Shown here one piece after another: positions 47,099 to 58,093 of a stretch of DNA of 64,000 bases. How positions within the stretch are numbered: position 1 is the first letter of the stretch; the number at the start of each line of letters is the position of its first letter. The notes beneath the pieces were generated by a model that saw nothing but the letters and a program-made list of their open reading frames with translations, ran no database searches and was not told the DNA's origin. Both the position numbers and the translations under genes were made by a program. Origin of the DNA: Alphaproteobacteria bacterium (GTDB taxonomy: Bacteria; Pseudomonadota; Alphaproteobacteria; UBA7887); contig CBDCGL010000011.1 in assembly GCA_965216755.1 (NCBI GenBank), forward strand, positions 1,088,001 to 1,152,000. Direction: 5' to 3'.

Positions 47099-48298
47099 TC
47101 ACCGCCAAGCGAGGACAGGCCATACCACCGTGGTCAACAGACGTCGCGGCCGACGTCTTGGAGCTTCCATTGCCGCGTCCGCCGCCTTGATCATATTCTC
47201 AGCAAAAATTATCGGGCTCCAAGCCTTGATCATTTCACGACTCGCCGCCCCCATTCCTTTGCGATCGCATCGCGGATCGGCCAATGCCGCGAAACTTCCT
47301 ATCAGTTCTTCGACATTATAGGGATCGAACACAAAACCGTTTCGTCCGTGGCACACCAAATCATCGGCGCATCCACACCTATTGGAGACAATAACCGGCA
47401 AGCTCGCGGCCATCGCCTCGTTCACAACCAACCCCCACGTGTCGGACGTGCTCGCATGAACAAGTCCCCCCGCCAAGCCGTAGTAGGTTGGCAATACTTC
47501 GTATTGCGCAAAACCCGGCAAGTGGACCGCCCCCACAAGATTATGTTTTTCGATAGTCGCTTCCAATGCCGGTTTCAGGGGCCCTTCGCCAAGCAAAACC
47601 AGATCCCACGCGTGAGCCGGAAAACGGTCTCGATATTGGGCAAAAGCCTCCAACAATCGAAACAAGTTTTTTTCTTCGATGAAACGGCACACGGCAAGAA
47701 AGAAATTGTTTGGCAATTTCGCCGACCGCCTCTGCGAATCACGTTGCGTACGGACTGACCGCGCTTGTGTCTCAAAGTATCTGTTGTCGACCACATCATA
47801 GCCAACGAATATTCTGGATTTCGGAATTCCGAGCCTGTGCACATAATCGATATGTTCCGTGCCGGCGACGAGGCCCGCCGAGAACTGTGAAACTATGGTT
47901 TTCTTGATAATTTCTTTGAGACTACGCCGCGGCGCATCCTGGTACCGGCTGTCGGACATGACGACAGTCGGAACGTCATTTCGTCGACACCATCTCAGCG
48001 CCATCAACGCGCCACGATGCGACCAACCTGGAATAGCAACAACATCGGGATCAAATTTTGCCAGAACACGGGATAACTTCTGCCATACTTCACTGTATGT
48101 AAGGCCTTCAAACGCTTTGCCGCGGAAAAGCGTTTCTCGTCTCACCCCAGAGACCTCGCCAATGTCATTCCAATAGTATGTGGCGTCAACGTTCGAGAAC
48201 TCGACAACTAATAAATCACAGAACCGCGACAGCGCCTCCATACGCGCACAATGATACGGCCCGACACGCCGAACGATGACGCACAAACGCACTGCCAT
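47099..48298 (-). CDS. Glycosyltransferase family 4
   Basis: GPYH.AR, VVDN, RFIEEKN, WGLVVNEAMA. Confidence 0.9.
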   Translation of the reverse strand: MAVRLCVIVRRVGPYHCARMEALSRFCDLLVVEFSNVDATYYWNDIGEVSGVRRETLFRGKAFEGLTYSEVWQKLSRVLAKFDPDVVAIPGWSHRGALMALRWCRRNDVPTVVMSDSRYQDAPRRSLKEIIKKTIVSQFSAGLVAGTEHIDYVHRLGIPKSRIFVGYDVVDNRYFETQARSVRTQRDSQRRSAKLPNNFFLAVCRFIEEKNLFRLLEAFAQYRDRFPAHAWDLVLLGEGPLKPALEATIEKHNLVGAVHLPGFAQYEVLPTYYGLAGGLVHASTSDTWGLVVNEAMAASLPVIVSNRCGCADDLVCHGRNGFVFDPYNVEELIGSFAALADPRCDRKGMGAASREMIKAWSPIIFAENMIKAADAAMEAPRRRPRRLLTTVVWPVLAWR

Positions 48299-49663
48299 TC
48301 ACCTCGTCATTTGCCCCGCCGACAACGGCAATTTATCCCTTACTTCCTGCGGATATCTTCGATGGACCGACCCCACCGGCTGCGCGGTACTCAAAACCCT
48401 GCCCGCGAGTGGCCTGTAAAAAGACATGAAATGGACCGCCAATAGAGCAAAAAAGAACGCCCAGGTGTAGGTTGGGTAAATTATGAACGGCCCAGCGAAG
48501 CCCTGCAATATCATCGCCGCAAAGAACGCGGCGAGCATGTAAGTGGATACCGGTTCATAGCGTTCGTCACGCCGTGCACGGCCGCAACATCTCACCGCAT
48601 GAGCCGCACTTGCCAAGATAACCAATAACATCGGCAGGAAATATGAAAAACCACCAATGTAAAGCAAAAGCAGATAGGCATTGTGTGGATGGTGATCCAG
48701 GCCCCGTTGGCCGGCCGACAATTCGCCCGGACTACCGAGAATCCCAAAAAACGGCCTTCGCTCAACAACATCCAAATACTCGGCCGCCGTGCGCCAACGT
48801 TCGGACTCCAAACTTGCCAAACGAACCAAAGCATTGCGTGGTGCCTCACGCACTAGCACAACCGCACACAACGCGACGACACTGGCAGCAATGATAACCA
48901 CACCTGGTCGCCGTAGAAAGATCATTGCGACAGGCGCAATTGCGATAACAATTATCATCAAAGTTTGACGACTTGCCGTGAGAAGAGCCAATCCAAACGA
49001 GATAGCGCCAATCGCAATAAACAACCACCGCACATACCGCATAGGCGTTCGAAATGCCAAATATATCACCAGCGGCGTCGCCATCGCGTATACGACACCG
49101 ACTTGATTGGCATTCGCGCCATACGGGAAAAACCGCCAGTTACCCAAATGAAACGCCGCTTGGGAATCGAGCACCAGCGACGACAGCGTAATCAGGACAG
49201 CCGCCGACAACCCCACGGACAAGGATACCAAGACATAGCGCAGTGAGGAATCGTCGTAAATGACCCTTGCCACCATCAGTGCAGCCACAATCAGCATGAA
49301 CCATTGTGCCCGTATGGCCAACGCGACACTTCGATCAGACGCGTGTACCATATAAATGAAGCCCATAGACGCGACCAAGACCAAAACAAAAGCCAGCGGT
49401 GCCAACTGCCTGCGCGGTCCCGGATGGGTCGCCGCCGCCAACGCAATCAACATGAACGCGCCGATACTTGTTGCTTTTGCCACAACTTGGATCGCGCCAA
49501 AATCCACCAATCGGCCAAGCAGTAGCCATATGGGCAAGATCCCCAAGGCCAATCCAAGCCTATAATGCGCAGGGGTCAGCAAAACGACGATCGAAACAAC
49601 GATCACACCCAACATCGTGGGCATCAGCGGCAAAACGGTTATGTAATAGTCAAAACGACTCAC
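48299..49663 (-). CDS. Wzy polymerase / O-antigen ligase-like membrane protein
   Basis: About 12 TM segments, NANQVG, LTASR, HPHNAYL; lies within the glycosyltransferase operon. Confidence 0.75.
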   Translation of the reverse strand: MSRFDYYITVLPLMPTMLGVIVVSIVVLLTPAHYRLGLALGILPIWLLLGRLVDFGAIQVVAKATSIGAFMLIALAAATHPGPRRQLAPLAFVLVLVASMGFIYMVHASDRSVALAIRAQWFMLIVAALMVARVIYDDSSLRYVLVSLSVGLSAAVLITLSSLVLDSQAAFHLGNWRFFPYGANANQVGVVYAMATPLVIYLAFRTPMRYVRWLFIAIGAISFGLALLTASRQTLMIIVIAIAPVAMIFLRRPGVVIIAASVVALCAVVLVREAPRNALVRLASLESERWRTAAEYLDVVERRPFFGILGSPGELSAGQRGLDHHPHNAYLLLLYIGGFSYFLPMLLVILASAAHAVRCCGRARRDERYEPVSTYMLAAFFAAMILQGFAGPFIIYPTYTWAFFFALLAVHFMSFYRPLAGRVLSTAQPVGSVHRRYPQEVRDKLPLSAGQMTR

Positions 49664-49789
49664 GAACTCACGACCCGCGACAGCTTCGCCAAACGAGCGT
49701 ACGCCAAAGCAACATCATCATACGCGATTTTCCACCGCTGGTGATGGCCTGGTCAAATCCATTGCTATCGTAGGCAAGAACTTGGCTCA

Positions 49790-51097
49790 TCAACTCAGTT
49801 CTGTTCGCTGTTGAATGACGGTTGTATCCAGACGCGCATCGACCGACGTTTTGTTTGCTGCAAATTGCCGCGCTAGACACTTGTCGTATATGTCCATGTA
49901 TGCCTTCGCAACAACATTCGGATTGAAACATTCCAACGCGCGCGCTCGCGATCTTCGCGCAAGTTCCTGCTGCCGATCAAGATCACGCAGGATCCAATCG
50001 GCACCATTCGCCAGATCATCGGGACAAAATGGTTTGGCAAGATATCCTGTTTTCTTGTTGACCACGATGTCACGCGGCCCGGTCGAATCGAATGCGACAA
50101 CTGGCGTTGCGCAGGCCATCGCCTCAACCAACATTTTCCCAAACGCCTCGGCCCTGGACGCGGTCAGAAAGATATCGGCAGCCGAATAGGCCAAACGCAT
50201 AGAGACATTGTCCCGTAATGTTCCAAAATGATGCACGACCCCAGGAATATCGAGGTCGTTCCGGCCACCCACCGAAAGAACCTGAACTTTCGAGTTCCTT
50301 TCAGTCAATCGTTTCAAAGCCGAAATCGCCAGGTCCGCACCCTTGTACGTATCATGCGAAATATTGCCAAACATCACGATTTGCGACTCATTGGGCAATC
50401 CGAGCGCCAATCGCGCTGCAGATTTCGGCACTGGAAAGAATTCCTGCCCATCCACGCAATTTGGAACAGTCTTGATACTACGCCCGCCAAATACGAAGCT
50501 TTCTGCTGCGCAGGTTGCAAGCCACTGGCTGATGGCCACCGCCTGAAAGTTCGCCGGCAGCTTTTTCCGCTTACGCCTGGCCAAAAACCGAGACAAGTCT
50601 TGCCGAGCTTTACTCCCCAGTTGCGGACACGCCCCGCAACCGGTTTTGTACCCATCACAATCGATCGCATAATGACACACGCCGGTCATCGGCCACATGT
50701 CACGCAGAGTCCACACGATCGGTTTCGGACAGTCGTGCAACGCAGCAACGTTGAATGCACCTTGGTTAATCCAATGCAGGTGCAAAATCTCTGCCCAATC
50801 ATAGTGTTCCGACCTCATGACGTTGTAGCCGAACAACCCGGCACTGACGCCGCGGCCCTTGGCCTCGCGATACAGCGTTCCAATTGCCAAACGATCTAAC
50901 TCTGTTCGCAGCATCCTTTTGAGTTTTCCACGACCACCGGACTCCAGAGTGAATATCGTCGGGTCATCGACCGGCGGCCCGCTCGTCAGAATCCGAGACT
51001 CAACCCCCTGCGCCAACAGTCCGTTATGCAACCAAGCTGCGCCCCGGGCTGCGCCGCCCCCAAGCGATCCGGCCACCAGGTGAAGGATCTTTGTCAT
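49790..51097 (-). CDS. Glycosyltransferase family 4 (WcaC-like)
   Basis: GGAARGA, HLHW, VWTLRDMWPMTGVCHY, CGACP, EAFG...EAMAC. Confidence 0.9.
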   Translation of the reverse strand: MTKILHLVAGSLGGGAARGAAWLHNGLLAQGVESRILTSGPPVDDPTIFTLESGGRGKLKRMLRTELDRLAIGTLYREAKGRGVSAGLFGYNVMRSEHYDWAEILHLHWINQGAFNVAALHDCPKPIVWTLRDMWPMTGVCHYAIDCDGYKTGCGACPQLGSKARQDLSRFLARRKRKKLPANFQAVAISQWLATCAAESFVFGGRSIKTVPNCVDGQEFFPVPKSAARLALGLPNESQIVMFGNISHDTYKGADLAISALKRLTERNSKVQVLSVGGRNDLDIPGVVHHFGTLRDNVSMRLAYSAADIFLTASRAEAFGKMLVEAMACATPVVAFDSTGPRDIVVNKKTGYLAKPFCPDDLANGADWILRDLDRQQELARRSRARALECFNPNVVAKAYMDIYDKCLARQFAANKTSVDARLDTTVIQQRTELS

Positions 51098-51165
51098 CGC
51101 GTCACCACCTCGCCCCAAGATTCGCAACGCAACAGCAATAATTCTCCCAACATCCGTTGGTTAGG

Positions 51166-52347
51166 CTAGGCCGCGCGCGCATACATTCGCCGCTCAAGCA
51201 ATGCGGCAACCTCATCCCACATGGTCGCTTTTTCCTCCAGCATGCTGCGGCCCTTTTTCTCGATGCTATGGCGCAACGCCTGGTTCGATGACCTCTCCAA
51301 TAGCGAAGACAGCAGTGCGCGGTATTTGTTATCTTCGTCAAATTTGTACTCGTATCGTTCTACATCGAAATTTCTCATCATTTCAGAATATTTGTGAGAC
51401 CACCCCATTGCCAACACGGGTACACCGCGGCATAACGCCCCCAGCAATGCGTGATATCGTGACCCCACAACCGCATATGCGGAACCGAGAATATCCTTCG
51501 CTCGCACCGGGTCTTCGGCTATTACCACGTTCATGCGCCCTTCCACTCTTGTACGAATTTTCTCCCCCAACTTGGCATCATCGCCGGTCCGATCATGAAC
51601 CAATACTTTCGGCGTCAGCCCCGCCGCCCACGCCATGTTCGCGGCAACAACGAGACAATCCAAATAGCTTTCCTCATCGATCCCGCCCCGATCACAGATT
51701 CTGATATTCGGCACGATGAAGACAGGTCGTTCCGCCCCCCCTTGCACCGCGCTTGTACCATCCACCCCGCGCAATCCGTCAACCGTCAGGTCAGGCGCAA
51801 TTTTTATCAATGCATTTGATTGCCCACAACTGGTCAAGTGTTCAAACGACGTCCGATCACGCGCATAAATAAGATCGCCATACTCGCAAATCTCACGCAT
51901 GTACTCTCTCGAACTTTCGAGTGCAAAGGGACCAAAGGCCTGAGGTAGCATGACAATCGGCGCACCACGCGCGGCGTAATACCGCGCAATTGCCGAAAAT
52001 CCCCGCATTGGCGCAACTCCCCACTGGTCGGTATATGCGAAACCTGAGATATCAACCAAAGCATCGATGCAGTTTATCGGCACACCAATTCTTGACACAT
52101 GCCAACCCATCTTCGCCACAATTCGTTGACCCAAGAACCTTTGATCAAAATGTCGCGCCGAAGTCCAACCCCGCTTCACCAGGATGGGACTGATCCCCAA
52201 CGTTTCCAATTGCGCGCGCGTCCCTGTCGCCAGGTCTGTCACCAGTTCCACGTTCGGAATTCGGCGTCGTAATTCAGTTGAGGCGACCGTCAACATTTGT
52301 AAGGCGCCAATATTCGAGAATTGTCCCCCGTGCAATTCGACCCGCAT
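51166..52347 (-). CDS. Polysaccharide pyruvyltransferase family protein
   Basis: N.GA, DISGF, LPQAFGPF, ARD..S, APDL, GSRYHA, WSHKY. Confidence 0.88.
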   Translation of the reverse strand: MRVELHGGQFSNIGALQMLTVASTELRRRIPNVELVTDLATGTRAQLETLGISPILVKRGWTSARHFDQRFLGQRIVAKMGWHVSRIGVPINCIDALVDISGFAYTDQWGVAPMRGFSAIARYYAARGAPIVMLPQAFGPFALESSREYMREICEYGDLIYARDRTSFEHLTSCGQSNALIKIAPDLTVDGLRGVDGTSAVQGGAERPVFIVPNIRICDRGGIDEESYLDCLVVAANMAWAAGLTPKVLVHDRTGDDAKLGEKIRTRVEGRMNVVIAEDPVRAKDILGSAYAVVGSRYHALLGALCRGVPVLAMGWSHKYSEMMRNFDVERYEYKFDEDNKYRALLSSLLERSSNQALRHSIEKKGRSMLEEKATMWDEVAALLERRMYARAA

Positions 52348-52356
52348 TGCGGCCTC

Positions 52357-53745
52357 CTACGCTACTCGTGAACCGGTTGCCGTATTCCACAAATAAATGG
52401 GCGGCATTGTCATTGCTTTCGCCATTAACAGTCCAACAGCTCTCGTATGGCGCCACGCGAAGAAACACAACCACCCCGAGGCCATGTATGACACGAGTGT
52501 GGCGTATGCCGCGCCGACCGCGCCAAATTCAGGTATCAACAAAAAATTCAATACGATGTTCACGGCCGCCCCAATGCCATGGGAGATTATCGAGAACTTC
52601 GTCAAATGCTCGGCGATCAACCATCGACTGGCCAACACCCGCATGGACATGAATATGCCGCCCCAAACATGTATCGTCAAAACAGTTGCAGATGCGGCAT
52701 AAGCCGGCCCAAACAACGCTGGCAGCAAACTTGTGGCAAATACCTGACAAATCAATGCGACGAGAACCCCCAGCCACGCCAAAAGCGTGAACAAGCGCAG
52801 AAGGTGACCTTGATATCGCCGCCAATCTCGCCCTCTCGCCTCAACCAACATTGGAAACAAAACGGTGACCAAAGTCGCCGGCACAAAATACCAAAATTCC
52901 GATAGTCGGGCAGCCACCGCATATACACCCACTGTCTGGCTGCCATGCATATGGCCTAGCATAACTTGATCCAAATGAAGGTTAGCAACCGCCCCGATCG
53001 TCGACAGCGTCAGTGGAAGCGACTGACTCAATAAAGATTTGGCATAATTCAGAGTTGGGCTCAACATATTGAGGCTTACCGGTCTGAGCGCACAAAACCG
53101 TCCAACAACAAGAAAGGCGTACACAAGCCCTTCGCCAGCATATACGACGACGAACCAAACAAGTGGCGCATCGAGAATAACGAAAACGAGCTTTGCAATC
53201 ACGCCTGCGCTCGTCGCACAAAGCGAAATGACTGCATTGCTAACAAACCGTCTTTCCGACTCTAACCAATACGAAAATACCTGCGTCGAACGAAACACCT
53301 CAGCTGCAAGTATTATGACGACAAATGTCCGCAGGTTGGGCTCATTCGTATCAAGAATACCGAGGAGCCAGAATGCCAATATGACGATCGCACAACTTCC
53401 CAAAAGTCGCAGCAGGAGACTTGTGGCAAGGATACCTCCGGCCTCGCCGGGCTTTTCTACCAGATCGCGGGTTATGATAGCGTTCAGTCCCAAATGCCCG
53501 ATTGGCCCAATCAGGCTCGCCGCCGCAACGGCGTAGCTTAGCGAACCAAACATGTAGGGGCCCAAATGCCGCGCGACAATCAACATCGTTACGCCGCGCG
53601 CCACCATTGCCACGGACCGTGACAACGTCAACCACGTCGCACCGGACGCAATGCCCCTTCCTTCGGTCCGCGACCAACTTCGCAAGCGCTGAAACTGCAG
53701 CAATAACGCGCCGGGTGTTAACTTGGCAGCTTGCATATACGTCAT
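52357..53745 (-). CDS. wzx: Wzx flippase
   Basis: ARHLGP..FG, DQVMLG, VGVYAVAARLSE, LIPEFGAVGAA; many TM segments. Confidence 0.9.
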   Translation of the reverse strand: MTYMQAAKLTPGALLLQFQRLRSWSRTEGRGIASGATWLTLSRSVAMVARGVTMLIVARHLGPYMFGSLSYAVAAASLIGPIGHLGLNAIITRDLVEKPGEAGGILATSLLLRLLGSCAIVILAFWLLGILDTNEPNLRTFVVIILAAEVFRSTQVFSYWLESERRFVSNAVISLCATSAGVIAKLVFVILDAPLVWFVVVYAGEGLVYAFLVVGRFCALRPVSLNMLSPTLNYAKSLLSQSLPLTLSTIGAVANLHLDQVMLGHMHGSQTVGVYAVAARLSEFWYFVPATLVTVLFPMLVEARGRDWRRYQGHLLRLFTLLAWLGVLVALICQVFATSLLPALFGPAYAASATVLTIHVWGGIFMSMRVLASRWLIAEHLTKFSIISHGIGAAVNIVLNFLLIPEFGAVGAAYATLVSYMASGWLCFFAWRHTRAVGLLMAKAMTMPPIYLWNTATGSRVA

Positions 53746-54851
53746 GCGGAGACGCGTTCACCCACGTCAACAGCATTGTATTCGCGTAAGGTTTCAAGCG
53801 GGATCTTTTCCGAATACGGAATAAGGCCGTCAGGATCCGCGTAGCCGACGCCAATACACATGATCGTCCTCTCGTCAGCGCTCAGCCCCAAGAGCGCGGA
53901 CATCGCTTTGTCGCGTGACGCGATATCCGGCCAATTTATGGGACAGGATGATAACCCAACGGTCTCAAGCGCTAACATGAAACTCATTGCCGCAAGACCG
54001 CCGTCGATATAGATCAAATGGCGATCCCTCTCATGAAAATAGGCGCGAAGTTGCCCAATAAGTACAACCAGGACAGGGATATTGTGACCGAACCCGGACA
54101 CACCTGGTGGCAAACTTGCCACAACGTCAACCAAATCCCTTTGGTCGAATACCCGGAATCTATAGGGCTGCCGATTACACGCCGACGGCGAAAGTGCGGC
54201 AATCTCTATCGATTTATCAATTAGCTCCCTTGGGACATGCTGTGGCCTGAACCAACGCACGGAACGTCTTCTGCTCGCAAGACCGTGCAGCATCTCAATC
54301 CGTATGTTTGTCTCCGGAACGGTATGCCGTCGATACGGAACACGGCGCGACATGTCGGGTTCAAATTCCGGAACGTCAGTATTTCGTCTAGCCAGGTAAC
54401 GGCTGCGCGCGGCCTCAACGATTGGGTGTTCATCCACATTCTCGAAATAATTCGCCAAAACATCCGACGCCCACCGCCGTTCTTCCGGATTGAGCGATTC
54501 ATTCCTCTCGAATGCCGATACAGCTTCGCCGATATAGTCCAATCCGAATGTCCGCCGTCGCGGCGCCATACTCAGTCCTTTTTCCAGTCGATGAATGGCG
54601 CGGCGCAAACAGTAGTTCGTCTGCTCTCCTCCCAACTGATTGTCGACATGGCGAATTCGACCTTCGATGACGGCCAGCGCCTCGCGATCGAAGGCGTCCG
54701 AGAGCAACACCAAATAGACTTTCGACAGCAAACGGCTCCTTGCAATCAACCGCAATCCGCGACCGCTCAGATCAAGTTTCATTTTTTTGAGTAACGCGAT
54801 CTGTGTCTTTGAGAGCACTTTTCTGACACAAGCCCTAATCCATCGCATCAC
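53742..54851 (-). CDS. Nitroreductase-family protein with N-terminal extension
   Basis: HRLEKGLS, RRSVRWF, SPSACNRQP, IDGGL, GLSSCPINW. Confidence 0.85.
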   Translation of the reverse strand: MMRWIRACVRKVLSKTQIALLKKMKLDLSGRGLRLIARSRLLSKVYLVLLSDAFDREALAVIEGRIRHVDNQLGGEQTNYCLRRAIHRLEKGLSMAPRRRTFGLDYIGEAVSAFERNESLNPEERRWASDVLANYFENVDEHPIVEAARSRYLARRNTDVPEFEPDMSRRVPYRRHTVPETNIRIEMLHGLASRRRSVRWFRPQHVPRELIDKSIEIAALSPSACNRQPYRFRVFDQRDLVDVVASLPPGVSGFGHNIPVLVVLIGQLRAYFHERDRHLIYIDGGLAAMSFMLALETVGLSSCPINWPDIASRDKAMSALLGLSADERTIMCIGVGYADPDGLIPYSEKIPLETLREYNAVDVGERVSA

Positions 54852-54942
54852 GGCAGGAAGTCCCCCAGTTCAACGCCCAGACCGACCAGGTAGGTCGCGG
54901 CACAACTCGTTCGAGCCAACGTTCTTGCGACAAAGCACGCGC

Positions 54943-56244
54943 CTAGGGAAGCTCACCTCCGGCAATGGGCGCGACGTCCGACGATGACAGCTTCAATTCC
55001 TTGTCAACAACGCCGGCGCTGCCTTGATAAGAAACTGCGGCGCGCCTGGGCGATCTTCCTCGTCCACGACTGCGAACTAAATCTACCCACCGCGCCCGAT
55101 AGTTTTCGACTGAATTATAGGTAACAAATCGTTGCGATGACACGTCGGGCATAAAGGTCGACGAATTCTCTATCGAGCTCGTGATCGCCTTCGCAAATAT
55201 CTGATGGTTTCTCACGTCGCACACATCGCCCAGGTTGTATTGGCGCACCATCTCACCTATCCAACCAAATTCCGAACCCAGAACCGGACGCTGCGCCGCG
55301 GCCGCCAAAATAACGACACTCGCGGACCCGATATGGCGCGGGTACGGCGCACACACAACATTGACGCTTTGCAATGCAAGCTCCAAAACCCGATCGTCAA
55401 CGAAATCATCGATCACCACGATACGGCCCTCGCGGATCCGTTCTCGGTATTCACCTTCCAGTAAGCACCTCACTTCTTGGTCGGCTCGACCGACGAGCAA
55501 CAACCGATCATCTTCCCTTAAGTCCGCGTCACAGAACGCCGAAAGCAAAAGGTCAATCCCTTTCCTTTTCGTCAACGTGCCGACGCACCCTACATATCGC
55601 CCCCCGATTGGAATACCTAGAGCGCGGCGCGCGGTGATTGTGTCCCGAGGTTGCATTGCATCAACTGGATCGGGCATGAGCGAAAGCTTGTTGGACAGTT
55701 TAGGCATATGCTCATTGATGTAGCGAAAGACAATTGGGTCCAAATGATGAACACGCGACCAAGGCCCACAGGCGACTGCCAAACGCATATAGTTTTTCGA
55801 CAACCAAGCGGCAGCGTCCCCCTGTTCGTACGCAAAACGGCCGCCAAGTATTAGGCACTCCCCATCCACTGCGCGCGGCAACGCGCGCCAGCCGAAAGCA
55901 CCCATCATGCCGGCTAACTGCGCAACACCGTCGGCATCAACGACAAAAACATAATCCGGGCGGAGGTTTATCACAGCACGCCGCAACGAGACCAACCGAA
56001 CCACAGCTCGAAAATATTTCCGTTTGGCGCCACTCGCCATGATCGGGTGGATGTTCAGCTCACCCGCATATCTCGACAGCTGTGTCTCAAATTCCCTCGA
56101 GCTCAAGGCACCTTGCGGAATTGCAACATCAACACCGAACCCGAGGTCGCGAACGGCAGGAATAAGTCGTCGCACGAAGGCTAAACCATGCCCATGAGCC
56201 GAAAACGCCGCGATCAGAATGCGCAACTTTTCAGCGTTCCACAT
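54943..56244 (-). CDS. Glycosyltransferase (GT-B/GT4-like)
   Basis: PDPV, ARRALGIP, G.LTKRKGIDLL, PY..HIGSA. Confidence 0.8.
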   Translation of the reverse strand: MWNAEKLRILIAAFSAHGHGLAFVRRLIPAVRDLGFGVDVAIPQGALSSREFETQLSRYAGELNIHPIMASGAKRKYFRAVVRLVSLRRAVINLRPDYVFVVDADGVAQLAGMMGAFGWRALPRAVDGECLILGGRFAYEQGDAAAWLSKNYMRLAVACGPWSRVHHLDPIVFRYINEHMPKLSNKLSLMPDPVDAMQPRDTITARRALGIPIGGRYVGCVGTLTKRKGIDLLLSAFCDADLREDDRLLLVGRADQEVRCLLEGEYRERIREGRIVVIDDFVDDRVLELALQSVNVVCAPYPRHIGSASVVILAAAAQRPVLGSEFGWIGEMVRQYNLGDVCDVRNHQIFAKAITSSIENSSTFMPDVSSQRFVTYNSVENYRARWVDLVRSRGRGRSPRRAAVSYQGSAGVVDKELKLSSSDVAPIAGGELP

Positions 56245-56625
56245 TTCGCCAAATATTCCTCAACTACTTACCGTACGCGCGCTTGCGGAAATATCACATT
56301 GTGGCGCCATCGCCACGACTTCACCGCATGCCCGCAAAGACAGCTGATAGCATACCACATCATCACCGTCAGGCACGCGCCAAAATCGCATAAATATCAG
56401 GTTATCGGCATGTCAACAATTTGTTACGCAACCGCCAAGATTAGCGCAAAATCGACCCAGAATTGTTCCCGATTCCCGAAACTTTCTCAAAACTTTCAAC
56501 AACTTGTAGACTTCTGTACGGCGCTGTCCGTAAGCTTGCTTAAAATTGTCACTGGCTCCTATCTCCGCTTTGGCCCTAGCATGAGAGCCAGAAGTCGGAA
56601 GAGTGATTGAGGCTGAACGAAGCTA

Positions 56626-58059
56626 ATGAAACCGATAGCAACCGAGCAAATGGCAGCAACACTGCCCCTTCCGAAGGTCATTCTGCCGGCCCTCACAGAG
56701 GCTATGGCTGGACGTTTGATTTTTGTTCTCGATGTGCTGACAATTATCGCGGTTTTCTACGCCACTTTTCGGTTTCGCGGCGCCCTAGGGAGCCCCAGCA
56801 TAAACTTCCTCGCATCCGCCGGGTTTTCGGTCGCCGTCGTGTGGATGGCGTTTTATGCCATCGACGCTTACCGAACTGTACACCGGTTCGCGGCACTGGA
56901 TTACGCCGTCAGCCACGTGGTCGCCGGCATAATCGCTTTTACCCTTGCCTTTTTGGTCATTTATGTGTTCGCGCGCAATGGCTCGGTCTTTTATCAAAGC
57001 CGGGGCAGCTACTTGGTCGCAGCGGTTATTTTTCTTCCTCTGTCGCTCTACTATCGGCGCATGTTCGCAACCTGGCTGTCCCAACATGTTGGTCAACGTT
57101 GCGTCATTTTCGTCGGGCCAAACGACGAGGCACAACAATTTCGCCGCGACCTTTCGGTCAGCAGCCCCCGTCAATCGGTTCATGTGGTACCACTGGACCA
57201 CGGCACACCAAATACAGAGTCTGATTCCGGACTGCGCCTGCGCGCTCGGTTGGAAAACATTTTCGCGGCTGAAGCCCAAAACTGCGACACGATCGTCGTC
57301 GGGTCGCGGATCCAGGATTTGGCCAGTGATTTGATGTCCGCGCTTGTTGAGCTGAATGTCATGGGCGTACAAATCCTACCTATTGACAAATTTTATCAAC
57401 ATCGCTTGCATAAAGTCTGCAAGTCAATCGTGAGCGAACACTGGCTACTGTGCGGCGGCTTCTCCGGCCGACAGGCGTTGGTCACGTCGAACGTCAAACG
57501 TGGCGTCGACATTGCTTTCGTAGTTCTGGCTTCCGCCTTGGTGCTGCCGATCCTCGGTCTGATTGCCTTAGCAATCAAGATCGAGGGCGGCGGCCCGATT
57601 TTGTTCTGCCAAACGCGAGTCGGCATTGGAGGGAGCGCGTTTAAGTTGTATAAATTTCGAACCATGCGCACAGACACTTCGTTTCAAGATTTGTACACTC
57701 GCGAGAACGACCCGCGCATCACGCGGGTGGGCAATTTCCTGAGGAGATTTCGATTTGACGAGTTGCCGCAGCTGTGGAACGTCCTGCGCGGCGAAATGAG
57801 CTTGATCGGCCCTCGTGCCGAGTGGGATATCTTGGTCAACCAATATGAGCGCGCCATTCCTTATTACAATTTCCGACATCTGGTGCGCCCGGGCATCACC
57901 GGCATGGCCCAAGTTTTCTTTCGCTACGGCGCCAGTGTGGACGATGCGGAACAAAAGCTTGAATATGATCTTTACTATGTGCAGAACTATTCATTGCTGC
58001 TCGATTTCAAGATCTTGTTGAAAACAGTATATGTCGTGTTCAGTTCCAAAGGACTGTGA
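56626..58059 (+). CDS. Priming polyprenyl-phosphate sugar-1-phosphate transferase (WcaJ/WbaP family)
   Basis: N-terminal TM segments, KRGVDI, KFRTM, DPRITRVG, DELPQLWNVLRGEMSLIGPR, PGITGMAQV, YDLYY. Confidence 0.93.
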   Translation: MKPIATEQMAATLPLPKVILPALTEAMAGRLIFVLDVLTIIAVFYATFRFRGALGSPSINFLASAGFSVAVVWMAFYAIDAYRTVHRFAALDYAVSHVVAGIIAFTLAFLVIYVFARNGSVFYQSRGSYLVAAVIFLPLSLYYRRMFATWLSQHVGQRCVIFVGPNDEAQQFRRDLSVSSPRQSVHVVPLDHGTPNTESDSGLRLRARLENIFAAEAQNCDTIVVGSRIQDLASDLMSALVELNVMGVQILPIDKFYQHRLHKVCKSIVSEHWLLCGGFSGRQALVTSNVKRGVDIAFVVLASALVLPILGLIALAIKIEGGGPILFCQTRVGIGGSAFKLYKFRTMRTDTSFQDLYTRENDPRITRVGNFLRRFRFDELPQLWNVLRGEMSLIGPRAEWDILVNQYERAIPYYNFRHLVRPGITGMAQVFFRYGASVDDAEQKLEYDLYYVQNYSLLLDFKILLKTVYVVFSSKGL

Positions 58060-58093
58060 CGACTCCGAGACCGGCACAAACGGACGAGACCGT

